Shown here piece after piece: positions 1 through 9,237 of a DNA stretch of 64,000 bases. The DNA comes from Candidatus Latescibacterota bacterium (GTDB lineage Bacteria > Latescibacterota > UBA2968 > UBA8231): assembly GCA_965203355.1 (NCBI GenBank), contig OZ241889.1, positions 1,472,001-1,536,000 of the forward strand, written 5' to 3'. Both the position numbers and the translations under genes were made by a program. How positions within the stretch are numbered: the stretch's first letter is position 1; every line of letters starts with the position of its first letter. Below the pieces are notes generated by a model. That model was not told where the DNA came from and searched no databases. It worked only from the letters and a program-made list of their open reading frames with translations.

Positions 1-1
1 G

Positions 2-581
2 ATGTTTATGTTTTTGAAGATCGTACGTTGGCTTATCGCGCTGGTGCTCGGCGTCTTTAGTGGGGCTCCGCAAGCCCTGGCGGCGGCTTTGACCGTCTTG
101 GTCTTTACCAAAACCGCTGGTTTTCGCCACGATTCCATTCCCGACGGTATTGCCGCTATCCAGACCTTGGGGCGGCAAAATGGTTTTGCCGTTGAGGTCG
201 CGGAAGACGCCGGGCATTTTACCGACGAGGGCTTGGCCCGGTATCGGGCGGTGATTTTTCTCAATACGACCGGCGATGTACTGGCCGCGGACCAAGAGCG
301 GGCCTTTGAGCACTAATATCCTCGGTGGCATCGAGTACGCCGCTGGCGTGACAGCGGCTGATTGCGGGGCCACGTTGGATGCCAATTTTGCAAGGGGCGT
401 CCTCGATGACGAGGCTGAAAATCCCATTGACTTGGCCGTGGCTCCCGACGGGCGCGTGTTCTTCATCATCGAGCGCAAGGGGGAACTGAAGGTATATCGA
501 CCGGGACGCCGGGCGGGGTTTTGGTGCAGCGGATGGTGTTGTTGCGCTAATGCTCAGATTGGGCGCGGAGAAGCCGTTTAA
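2..581 (+). pseudogene. Remnant of a secreted ThuA-domain / PQQ-sugar-dehydrogenase-like multidomain protein
   Basis: Signal peptide then ThuA N-terminus (VLVFTKTAGFRHDSIPDG, FLNTTGDVL) stopping at 316. Another frame continues with the ThuA C-terminal motif ILGGIEYAAG and a propeller start (PIDLAVAPDGRVFFIIERKG), then degenerates. Confidence 0.75.
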
Positions 582-588
582 GTGCCGC

Positions 589-2535
589 TCACTGGAACAC
601 AATCCCGCCTAGATAATTGTTTTGCATGCCGATTATAGAGTCGATGAGTACCCAAGTCCCAGCCACTACGGCTTCACCTAAGATCAATCCCAAGAAGAAG
701 GGCTTGAGGCGGTTCAACAGCGTCAGCCCGCCGTATTTGAGTATGGTGCTCTTGAGCAGCCAAGCGACAAACACGCTGAACCACATCGAGCCAAAGACGC
801 AGCTAATCGGGAAGCCGAGCGCGTGGAAAGGCCACCACAGGAATCGATGCTGGGCGGCCATCAGCCCGCTCATAATCGCCGCGCCAACGCCGATGTGCAT
901 CCAGGTGCTGGGCCGCGGCGCGAATGGATTGAGGATGCTTTTCTCCATAAAGCGATAGGGATATTGCGCGACATTATCAAAGTAAAACCGCGACAGATTG
1001 ATGGCTCCGTACTCGTAGCCCAGATAGAGGGTCAAGACCACGACGCTGCTCAGAGTCAGGACGATTACCGCGACCGTGGCCCCGAACAGGCGACGGCGCT
1101 GGGGCAGGCTGACTTCGGTGACTAGCTTCAGGCCATTGGCGCACGCGCTCATCAGCAAGATCAAGGTGTCCACGCTCCAGGCATAGCTCAGGGCCATGCC
1201 GGCCATGCCCTTAGTGCCCAATACGGTGCCTCCGACATTGGCGACGACGAAGTCCGGCCCATTCGTCGGCGGAAACATGGACGCGACGCCACCTTGCGCG
1301 ACGACGCGGGCAATGGTCATAAATCCGACAAATGCGCCGAATAGTAGCAGGGGAACAAAGGGCAGCGGAATGCCGGATTGCCACAGCCAGACACCCATCG
1401 CTAGGAAGCTGGCTACGGCGCCCCACACGGCCATGCCGTAGGAGGTAATTTCATCGGCGTCTTCGACCGCTGGCGCACGGCCTATGGCTTTGCGCAGCAC
1501 GTTTCCTAGGTGGTGCCGACCCACCCACAAGGACCCGGCGACCAAGACGATCATGCCTCCCATGGCTTGGTGAATGATGATCGGGTCGGTGTACTGGCTG
1601 TACGCGCCCATGGTCTCGTCCTTACTGCCCCAAGCCAGCATCCCCAACAACCCGCGCTGCACTACATTTACGATGTAAAAAAAGACCAAGCCCAAGGCGA
1701 TGTTCTGCGGGATGAAATAGGAGAAGCCAACCATCGACAGGTTTAGGTTCAAGCCCAGCGACACCGCACCGCGAAACATCGACAAGCCGCCGAGCGAGGT
1801 GCTGACCGTCGGGACGATCTCGAAGTAGTTGTGCAAGGCGTTGATCGAGGCTAGCACAAAGGGGATGGCAAATCCCATCCACATCAACCCACTGCGCACG
1901 AGCCGCTGGCGGCCATGGTCGGCGATCATGGCTAAGGGCAGCTGGACCATGGGATAGGCCAAACGCTCGTGCTCTACCCATTGCCTCCGCACGATCACCA
2001 TTAGGCACACCATGGCGAGAAAGAGGGCTAAGCCGAACACGGCCCAGTACAACAGAGGAGCCGCCCAAATTGCCCACGGCACGGCCCCGGTTGGGTCGCC
2101 CTCGTAAAAGCCCCAAATGGCGTCGCGGCTTTGGGGCACCGGCCAATCGGGCATATAGGGCTGGACGATCTCGGCCCAACCGTTTTCTGGCGTGGCGTAA
2201 TAATAGGCCCCAGTGATTACCGGCAGGAGTTGGGCGGGCAGGCCGCGGCCCGACAAGGTGTTGGCCAACAGAATCAGGAAGAAGACCACGGCCAACTCGC
2301 CGCGCTGCAAGGGCAGGCGTGGATGCAGCCGCTTTAAGAGCGGGTTCAAGAGGACGACCAGCACAAAGAAGAGAAAGATCGCGGCCGGGGTCAGGTTCCA
2401 CACGGCCAGCCCGGAGCCTTTGACGATCATATCGTTGTAGGTCGAGCCGATGCCGATGCAAAGGGCACCGAGCAGCCCGACGATCAGCGCCTTGGGCGTG
2501 CATCCCTTTACCGTTGGTGGCGAACTTTTTAGCAA
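589..2535 (-). CDS. Polytopic membrane protein, DUF6785/DUF6784-like putative transporter
   Basis: Many hydrophobic segments; motifs RRQWVEHERLAYP, WWPFHALG, LKYGG, PFFLGLILGE. TTG start at 2535 follows GAGAGGA; ORF track extends to 2604. Confidence 0.75.
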   Translation of the reverse strand: MLKSSPPTVKGCTPKALIVGLLGALCIGIGSTYNDMIVKGSGLAVWNLTPAAIFLFFVLVVLLNPLLKRLHPRLPLQRGELAVVFFLILLANTLSGRGLPAQLLPVITGAYYYATPENGWAEIVQPYMPDWPVPQSRDAIWGFYEGDPTGAVPWAIWAAPLLYWAVFGLALFLAMVCLMVIVRRQWVEHERLAYPMVQLPLAMIADHGRQRLVRSGLMWMGFAIPFVLASINALHNYFEIVPTVSTSLGGLSMFRGAVSLGLNLNLSMVGFSYFIPQNIALGLVFFYIVNVVQRGLLGMLAWGSKDETMGAYSQYTDPIIIHQAMGGMIVLVAGSLWVGRHHLGNVLRKAIGRAPAVEDADEITSYGMAVWGAVASFLAMGVWLWQSGIPLPFVPLLLFGAFVGFMTIARVVAQGGVASMFPPTNGPDFVVANVGGTVLGTKGMAGMALSYAWSVDTLILLMSACANGLKLVTEVSLPQRRRLFGATVAVIVLTLSSVVVLTLYLGYEYGAINLSRFYFDNVAQYPYRFMEKSILNPFAPRPSTWMHIGVGAAIMSGLMAAQHRFLWWPFHALGFPISCVFGSMWFSVFVAWLLKSTILKYGGLTLLNRLKPFFLGLILGEAVVAGTWVLIDSIIGMQNNYLGGIVFQ

Positions 2536-2618
2536 AGTGTTCCTCTCGCGTTTTGCCTTCCCTTGACAAGGCCCGCCGCCGCGTCCGACCTTCCGCAGAT
2601 ACAACAGGAGCGTCTCTC

Positions 2619-3875
2619 ATGGAAAAAGTACCGATTTGCGTCGTCGGTTGCGGCGGCATGGGCCATCGCCACATCCTAGCTTACAAGGTGCTGGAAGAAA
2701 GCGGCATTGGCAATGTCGAACTGGTGGCTGTCTGCGACGTGCGCCGGGAGCATGCCGAGTTCGCCGCCCGCGAGGTGCAGCGCTTGTTCGGGCGCACGCC
2801 GCTGATTTTCACGGATATGGACTCGATGCTCAAGCGCGATGATATCTTGGCTGTCGATGTGGTCACCGACGGTTCAACGCACCACCAAGTGGCTGTGCCG
2901 GCTCTGTTGGCCGGCAAGCACGCGCTGGTGGAAAAGCCCCTCGGCATTACCGTGCGTGCCTGCCAAGCCATGATCGACGCCGCCCGCACCGGCAATGTTG
3001 TGCTGGCCACAGCCGAAAACTACCGCCGCGACCCGCCCAACCGCTTGGCGCGTGCCATCGTCGAGGCCGGCCTACTCGGGGATCCTTTTTTAATGATCCA
3101 GACATCGGCCGGCGGCAGCGACCGCATAACCATCACGCCTTGGCGCCATCTCAAGGAGAAGGGGGCCATTGGCTTGGACATGGGCGTCCACTACGGCGAC
3201 ATCATTCAATATTATATGGGGGATTTCGCGCACGTCTTCGGCGGTGGCTTCATCGTCGAGCCGGTGCGGCGCAGGCCAGAAGGCTACGACGATCACCCCC
3301 TTGAATCCTACCGCGAGCGGGCCAAGACCTATCCCGAGCGGGTAGAGGCCACCGGCGAGGACTCGGTCGTCGCGCTGTATAGGATGCGGTCTGGAGCGCT
3401 GGCGCAGCTCGTGTTGGTGGCGGGCCGGGGCGGGCGGGGCTGGGAGCGCAGCGTTCACGGCCGCTGGGGGGCACTTTACGCGCCCGGCGACCGCAATGGC
3501 CGGCCGGCGGTGCTGCGCTTGGAGGGCAAGGAGCTAAAGGGCCGCGCAATCCTCTCGCTCCTGCCGGATTTTCAGCTCGACGAGATCACCGAGCGCCTCT
3601 TTGGTGCCGACGGCGTAGAGTACGATCCGTCCGCAACGTCTTTCTACGAAATCGACGCCCGGCACTTGGCCATCGAGTACCACGACTTTGCCCAAGCTAT
3701 CCTCACTGGCGGCCAACCTGAAGTGGATGGATCCGGCGGGATGCAGGCTGTCGCGGCGATTGTGGGGGCCTATGAGTCGGCGCTCGCCGGGCGTTCGCTG
3801 TCCATGGAGGAGATTACGAGCGGGGCCGTGCGGGACTATCAGCGGGACATTGACGAAGCCCTCGGGCTAGCTTAA
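2619..3875 (+). CDS. Gfo/Idh/MocA family oxidoreductase
   Basis: VVGCGGMG Rossmann motif, ALVEKP, AENYR; RBS CAGGAG at 2605-2610 before ATG 2619. Confidence 0.9.
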   Translation: MEKVPICVVGCGGMGHRHILAYKVLEESGIGNVELVAVCDVRREHAEFAAREVQRLFGRTPLIFTDMDSMLKRDDILAVDVVTDGSTHHQVAVPALLAGKHALVEKPLGITVRACQAMIDAARTGNVVLATAENYRRDPPNRLARAIVEAGLLGDPFLMIQTSAGGSDRITITPWRHLKEKGAIGLDMGVHYGDIIQYYMGDFAHVFGGGFIVEPVRRRPEGYDDHPLESYRERAKTYPERVEATGEDSVVALYRMRSGALAQLVLVAGRGGRGWERSVHGRWGALYAPGDRNGRPAVLRLEGKELKGRAILSLLPDFQLDEITERLFGADGVEYDPSATSFYEIDARHLAIEYHDFAQAILTGGQPEVDGSGGMQAVAAIVGAYESALAGRSLSMEEITSGAVRDYQRDIDEALGLA

Positions 3876-4894
3876 AGGGTCGCCACCATGACCCAAAACG
3901 GCTGCTTGCCCACTGCGCAATCCGCGATGGGCTGTAATGCGCCGTTGGTCGCATCCACCCGATAACAGGTCATGCGGTCGGCCGCTTCTCCGGCGCAGTA
4001 CAGGTACGCGCCGCTCGGATCGATGTTGAACGAGCGCGGGCTGGCTGGCACTGGGTAGTGCCCAAACGGGCTGAGTGCGCCCGCGGGGTCGATGTTATAG
4101 CCGACGATGCTGTCGTGGCCGCGATTGGATGCGTAGCACCACTGGCCGTTGGGATGGACTTCGACGTGGGCGGTGTACCCGCCGTCGGCATAGCCCGCCG
4201 GCAGGGTCGAAATGTCTTGGAAAATAGCGAGTGTGCCGCGCTCGGGGTCGAAGCGATGAGCGGTGACTGTGTTGCCCTGTTCGTTGACAATGTACGCGAC
4301 GTCGCCGCGCGGGCGGAAGCAGATGTGCCGAGGGCCGGAATCGCTGGCCGGCGGGGTTAGGACGGGCGGATCGTTGGGCGAGAGTTGGCCGGTGTTGGCG
4401 TCGAAGCGGAACTGGCTGGTCTTGTTGTTGGGGCAGACGTGCGGCACCAAGACAAAGCGTTCGTCCGCGGTCAGCAGGACGGCGTGGGCTTTGGGGCCCG
4501 TGTCGATGCGTTGGACGAGATCGCCGATGGCTCCGTCGTCGTCTAAGCGGTGGACTGTGACGCCGCCCCCGGTATAATAAGCGGTGAGGAGAAAGCGCCC
4601 GGCGCGGTCGGTAATCAGGTGGGCGGGGGTGTCGAGGTCGGTATCTATCTTGTTGATCAGCGTCAACTCCCCGGATGCGGTGTCGAGGTGGAAGCTGGCG
4701 AGAGTCGAGGACTCGACGTGGGCGTCGTAGAGCACCGGACGCGACGGATGCAAAAAGAGCGCGCCCGACGGACCGTGCGCTGGGCTTGTGGTGCGCAACG
4801 CCAGGGCGCCCGATTGGGGGTCGAGGTCGTAGAGCTTGATGGCTTGGTCGCCGGTGAGCGAGACGAAGACGACGGGTTGGTCTTGTGCGGTCAT
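3872..4894 (-). CDS. pgl: Lactonase family beta-propeller (6-phosphogluconolactonase-like)
   Basis: GPRH, YIVNE, YASNRGHDSI, PRSFNIDPSG motifs. Confidence 0.8.
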   Translation of the reverse strand: MTAQDQPVVFVSLTGDQAIKLYDLDPQSGALALRTTSPAHGPSGALFLHPSRPVLYDAHVESSTLASFHLDTASGELTLINKIDTDLDTPAHLITDRAGRFLLTAYYTGGGVTVHRLDDDGAIGDLVQRIDTGPKAHAVLLTADERFVLVPHVCPNNKTSQFRFDANTGQLSPNDPPVLTPPASDSGPRHICFRPRGDVAYIVNEQGNTVTAHRFDPERGTLAIFQDISTLPAGYADGGYTAHVEVHPNGQWCYASNRGHDSIVGYNIDPAGALSPFGHYPVPASPRSFNIDPSGAYLYCAGEAADRMTCYRVDATNGALQPIADCAVGKQPFWVMVATL

Positions 4895-4950
4895 TGCGAT
4901 TGGCTCCTTGGATAAGTTGCGATGGGATCGAGTAGAGTTTTGCCGGTCTA

Positions 4951-5300
4951 TCAGACTGCTTGGATGGGTCTGGAATAAGAGGCTACTTTGTCATCCGTGG
5001 TAAGCAGCGTAACGTTTTCGACTTGTGCTTGCGCGATGAGTATGCGGTCAAAAGGGTCCTTGTGAAGCGGTGGCAAGCGACCGACAGCGAGCGCGTGTTC
5101 GGATCGAACCACAAGTTCGCTGTAGCCGTTTTGTATCAGACCGTCCCGCAACAGTCGCTTCTGCCGAGTGCGCTTTTGATGACGATCTCCCAAATGCTTG
5201 CGGTGCTGAACATCAGTTCCGTGGCGGGGTCGCCGAGAAGGTCTTGGGATTCTGATGACAATCGTCCGGGATTGCCCGCCGCCCACAGCAATAAAGTCAT
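4951..5300 (-). pseudogene. vapC: PIN-domain VapC toxin, disrupted
   Basis: ATG 5300 overlaps the antitoxin stop (ATGA) and reads MTLLLWAAGNPGRLS..STASIWEIVIKSALGRSD then frameshifts near 5154. The C-terminus HKDPFDRILIAQA..LLTTD is in another frame. The N-terminal LDTH catalytic motif is missing. Confidence 0.8.
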
Positions 5301-5548
5301 GCGTTTCCCTCGAACATCTTTTCGATCGCCGGCCCGCCCATGCTGTCGAAGTCGTCGGGAACTTCGGTCTGTCCGGCCATAAAACCCAACCGACGAGACG
5401 CCGCTGTTTTGTCAGCTCGCTCGCTGGCGAGGGTTTTGAGGTAGCCCCGGATGAGTGCCGACACGGATGTGCCCAACTCCGCCGCCCGAACGCGAGCAAG
5501 CCGATGGGTTTCTTCATCTACAGATACGGTAATGTTTTTCACGTTCAT
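5297..5548 (-). CDS. Ribbon-helix-helix antitoxin (VapB-like)
   Basis: KNITVSVDEETHRLARVRAAELGTSVSALIR RHH pattern, tail RRLGFMAGQ..VPDDFD; RBS AAGGAG; directly upstream of the PIN gene. Confidence 0.8.
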   Translation of the reverse strand: MNVKNITVSVDEETHRLARVRAAELGTSVSALIRGYLKTLASERADKTAASRRLGFMAGQTEVPDDFDSMGGPAIEKMFEGNA

Positions 5549-5572
5549 CTCCTTGCAGATGCTGTGCTTTAC

Positions 5573-5600
5573 AATGTATGGAATGGCGATTGGTGTGCAA
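5573..5600 (-). promoter_or_regulatory. Putative sigma70 promoter of the TA module
   Basis: TTGCAC-16 nt-TACATT on the minus strand just upstream of the antitoxin start. Confidence 0.35.
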
Positions 5601-5827
5601 CGTCCCGACACCTGCCCAGCGGCCGTATCACATCGGCGATCTTTACTAGTAAGAACGTCGGGTGCATCGGGTGCTAATAGACGACTTAGCCAAGCGCGAC
5701 AAGAAGCCGACGATCATCTTGCTCTTTCTTTAGTGACGGGGGCCTGCGGCCAAACGGTGCCGTCGTCTTCGCGCTTGCGGAGTGCCGTACCAGCCGAGAA
5801 AGGACGTGGGTTGGGCGGCATGGCGAT

Positions 5828-6859
5828 TCAACCTTGAATGGCTGCACCCATCCGATCGCTGAGGCGGATCAACTCGCCGCCGCTTTCGGCCGAGGCATTG
5901 GCTGCCAAAACGGCGGCGAGGCTGTTGAGGGACGGGACGTACGGGCTGCGCGGCATGGCTGGATCGCCGGCTTGGACGGCGGCGATAAAGGCGCGAGCTT
6001 GGGCGAAGAAAGCCCCGCGCGGTTGCGGCTCTTGTTGCGCTTCCCACACCACCTCGCCGTTTTCCATCACTTTTCGTGGGGTCCATTCGATGATTGAGTC
6101 GTCGCTGACGACGAGGATTTCGCGCTTGGAGTACGAGACGTTGCTCAGGACCCGCGAGACGCTGGCGTTGGCGGTTACGCGCCCTTTGAAACGGTAGTTG
6201 ACGTTGTACACGTGGGGCAGGTTCATCGGCTCAATGCGTTCGCCGGGCAGCGATTCGACGTAAAAGGCCGAGACGGCCTCAATGTCGCCGAGGAAGTAGC
6301 GCAACAGATCGACGCTGTGAATGGTGTTTTCGACGAAGGAGCCGCCGCAGAGTTCGTAGCGGCTGGTCCAGTAGCGGATTGGTTGGCCGCTGTAGAAGTT
6401 TTGGATTTGGGCGTGGCGCGGTGTGCGCTGCTGCAATAGCGCCAAGGTCGGCGCAGAAGAAGGCTCGTAGCGATAGACAAAGCCGACTTGGGATACGATG
6501 CCGGCCTTTTCGACGGCGGCGTTGAACTCGGCGACCTGGGCCAGATCGAGGGTCTGCGGTTTTTCGACGAACAGGGCGACGCCTTGGTCGGCGGCGATGA
6601 GCACCTCGTCGGTGTGGGCGGTCGGCGGAATGCACAAGTAAACCGCGTCGAGTTCCTGCTCGGCGAACATCTGGTGGTGATCCGCATAGGTCGCGCGAGG
6701 CTTGTAGATGGCCGCTTGTTGTTGGAGGGTTTCGTCGCTTTTGTCGCAGAAGGCCTGGAAAACGACTTGGCCTTCCTCGGCGAGGGCCGCTAACGCCGGG
6801 AGGTGCGCCTTTTGGGTGATCCAGCCGAGGCCGATGCAGCCGACGCGGACCGGTTTCAT
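5828..6859 (-). CDS. Gfo/Idh/MocA family oxidoreductase
   Basis: GCIGLGWI, LFVEKP, VGFVYRY, IHSVDLLRY. Confidence 0.9.
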   Translation of the reverse strand: MKPVRVGCIGLGWITQKAHLPALAALAEEGQVVFQAFCDKSDETLQQQAAIYKPRATYADHHQMFAEQELDAVYLCIPPTAHTDEVLIAADQGVALFVEKPQTLDLAQVAEFNAAVEKAGIVSQVGFVYRYEPSSAPTLALLQQRTPRHAQIQNFYSGQPIRYWTSRYELCGGSFVENTIHSVDLLRYFLGDIEAVSAFYVESLPGERIEPMNLPHVYNVNYRFKGRVTANASVSRVLSNVSYSKREILVVSDDSIIEWTPRKVMENGEVVWEAQQEPQPRGAFFAQARAFIAAVQAGDPAMPRSPYVPSLNSLAAVLAANASAESGGELIRLSDRMGAAIQG

Positions 6860-6877
6860 GGGCCATTCCTTTCCTTT

Positions 6878-7780
6878 TTAAGCGGTGAGTGCTTCAATGC
6901 GGGCGATGAGTTCGGGCGACAAGTAGCGGCCGTCGGAAACAGCCGCCGAGACTTCGAGTTCGTCCAGCGTTGCCGCGCCCGTGAGCAGCACGGCGACTTG
7001 GGGGTCTGACAGCAGGTAGCGCAGCCCGTGGTCGGGCATGTCGCCGGGTTCGTCGGCGAGCAGGGCTTCGACTTTTTCGAGTTTGGGATACAGTTCGGCA
7101 AAGCGGCCAGCCTCCGGCCAGACGTCGCGCTTGGAGCCGAGCAGGCCGGCGTGTAGCGGCGAGGCGAGGATGATGGCGATGTCGCGGGCGGCCGCTGTAG
7201 GCAGGAGGATCTCCTTGGCCGTTTGCACCAGCAGGTCGTATTTGAGAAAGGTGATCACCGAGACGAAATCGTCGCACTCGGCGAGCACATCGCGCATCAG
7301 TACGAGGTCTGAGCCGGTGAGGCCGATGTGTTGTGCGAGTCCCTGCGCGCGGATTTCGAGCAAGGTCTCGAGGGCGCGTTCTCGGCCGAAGATGCCCTCC
7401 CAGCCCGCCTGCTCGGCCTCGTGGAGTTGCAACAGATCGACCGAATCGCGCTGCAAGCGCCGGAGGCTGGCCGCAAATCCCCGCCAGATGGTATCGCGGG
7501 TGTAGTCGAAGGGCGCGGGATAGTAGCCTATCTTGGTCGCCAGATAATAGGGCGCATCCACGCCTTTGAGGGCGTGGCCGAGGACCTTTTCGCTGCGGCC
7601 TTGGCCGTAGAGCGGGGCCGTGTCAAAGTAGTTGATGCCCAATTCGAGGGCGCGCTCGACCATGGCGACCCCGTGTGCTACGGGCCGGAGGCCGTATTCC
7701 GGGCGTCCGTAAAACCAAGACCCGCCCAGGGCGATTTCGCTGACTTGCCAGTTCGTTTTGCCGAATCGTCGGTATCGCAC
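6878..7780 (-). CDS. Aldo/keto reductase
   Basis: MRYRRFGKT, GINYFDTAPLYGQGRSE, LATK, DLLQLH. Confidence 0.92.
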   Translation of the reverse strand: MRYRRFGKTNWQVSEIALGGSWFYGRPEYGLRPVAHGVAMVERALELGINYFDTAPLYGQGRSEKVLGHALKGVDAPYYLATKIGYYPAPFDYTRDTIWRGFAASLRRLQRDSVDLLQLHEAEQAGWEGIFGRERALETLLEIRAQGLAQHIGLTGSDLVLMRDVLAECDDFVSVITFLKYDLLVQTAKEILLPTAAARDIAIILASPLHAGLLGSKRDVWPEAGRFAELYPKLEKVEALLADEPGDMPDHGLRYLLSDPQVAVLLTGAATLDELEVSAAVSDGRYLSPELIARIEALTA

Positions 7781-7868
7781 CCCTACACTCCGTTGTTGGG
7801 GCTAATAAGGAATGGAGTAACTTAGACATAGTGGCGGCTGATTTCAATCTTGCGCGAAGCCGCGCTGG

Positions 7869-7909
7869 CAGTGGTCGGTGACCGGTGACCAGTGACCACT
7901 GACCACTAA
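7869..7909. repeat. Short palindromic heptamer (CACTGAC/GTCAGTG-type) intergenic repeat
   Basis: CAGTGGTCGGTGACCGGTGACCAGTGACCACTGACCACTAA; same heptamer family as 40283-40491. Confidence 0.6.
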
Positions 7910-7928
7910 TTTGACAAAGGAGAGATAG

Positions 7929-9233
7929 ATGATGGGCCAACGTAGCGCACTTTCGCGGTTTATCGGCATTCCGTTGCACTGGCAGATCGCCATTGCCCTC
8001 GTTCTCGCCGCATTAGTAGGGTGGCTGGGCGACGAGCACACGACGCTTTTTGGCGCGTCGTTGCTGGAAATTCTCGATTTCTTTGGCGGTTTGTTCCTCA
8101 ACGCGCTGAAGATGATCGTGGTGCCGCTGATTCTGTCGTCGATCATCGTCGGCGTCCGCAACATGGCGAGCCAGAACGCCTTTGGACGCATTGGCGGGAA
8201 GACGGTGGCGTTTTACGTGGCGACGGGATGGCTGTCGGTTTGCACGGGGCTCGTTTGCGTGAATCTCATAGCACCCGGCGAGACGGCGGCGGCGCGGGCG
8301 CTGGGTGCTGCGCTGCCAGACCCGTCGCAAGTCATGGCCAAGGTCGAGGGGCGCGGCATCCAAGATCTGATTCAGGTTCTCAAGCGCGCCATACCGTCCA
8401 ACATCTTCGCGGCCGCGCTAGAGGTGCAACTGCTGGCGTTGGTGTTTGTCGGAGTTGTGTTTGGGTATTTCATGTCGCGGCTGAACGGGCCGTCCGGCGA
8501 TGTTCTACAGCAGTTCTGGGCCGGCCTGCACGACCTCATGATCCTGATCACGATGTGGATCATGCGGTTTGCTCCCATCGGCGCGTTTGCGCTGGTGGGC
8601 AAGACGTTGCTCGTCTCGGGTTTTGCCGCGCTTGAAGCGTTGGGCCTGTTTTTCCTGACCGTATTGCTGGCCCTGGCCGTGCATTTTGCCGTCTGGTTGC
8701 CGCTGCTGCTGCGCTTGGTTGCCGGCATCAGCCCGTATGCCTACTACGCCAAAATCGCGCCAGCGCAATTGACCGCGTTTTCTACGGCGTCGTCTTCGGC
8801 TACCTTGCCGGTGACCATCAACAGCGCCGAACGGGCGGGCATCTCCAACCGCGTGACCAGCTTTGTCCTGCCGTTGGGCGCGACGGTGAACATGGACGGC
8901 ACGGCGCTCTACGAGTGCGTGGTGGTGGTGTTCATCGCCCAAGTGTACGCGTTTACGTCTGGCATAGATTTTGGCGTGGCCGAGCAGATGATCGTCGTAT
9001 TGCTCGCCTTGCTCACGTCGATCGGCGTGGCGGGCATCCCGGCGGCCAGCTTGGTCGCCATCGCGCTGATCTTACCGGCGGTTGGCCTGCCGGTGGAAGC
9101 TATCGCCATCGTCTTGGCCGTTGATCGCCTGCTCGATATGTGCCGAACAGCCGTCAACGTGACCAGCGATTTGGCGATCACAGCGCTGGTAGCGCGCACC
9201 GAAGGCGAAGATTTGCCGGATGTCGCGGCTTGA
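7929..9233 (+). CDS. Dicarboxylate/amino acid:cation symporter (GltP/DctA family)
   Basis: AFSTASSSATLP, LPLGATVNMDGTALY, DRLLDMCRTAVNV. Confidence 0.93.
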   Translation: MMGQRSALSRFIGIPLHWQIAIALVLAALVGWLGDEHTTLFGASLLEILDFFGGLFLNALKMIVVPLILSSIIVGVRNMASQNAFGRIGGKTVAFYVATGWLSVCTGLVCVNLIAPGETAAARALGAALPDPSQVMAKVEGRGIQDLIQVLKRAIPSNIFAAALEVQLLALVFVGVVFGYFMSRLNGPSGDVLQQFWAGLHDLMILITMWIMRFAPIGAFALVGKTLLVSGFAALEALGLFFLTVLLALAVHFAVWLPLLLRLVAGISPYAYYAKIAPAQLTAFSTASSSATLPVTINSAERAGISNRVTSFVLPLGATVNMDGTALYECVVVVFIAQVYAFTSGIDFGVAEQMIVVLLALLTSIGVAGIPAASLVAIALILPAVGLPVEAIAIVLAVDRLLDMCRTAVNVTSDLAITALVARTEGEDLPDVAA

Positions 9234-9237
9234 TGGG

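Noticed and set aside
4951-5517. 188-aa ORF as an intact toxin, or programmed frameshift
   Set aside because: Only the last ~65 aa are PIN-like; no slippery site and conserved residues are missing, so deletion fits better.
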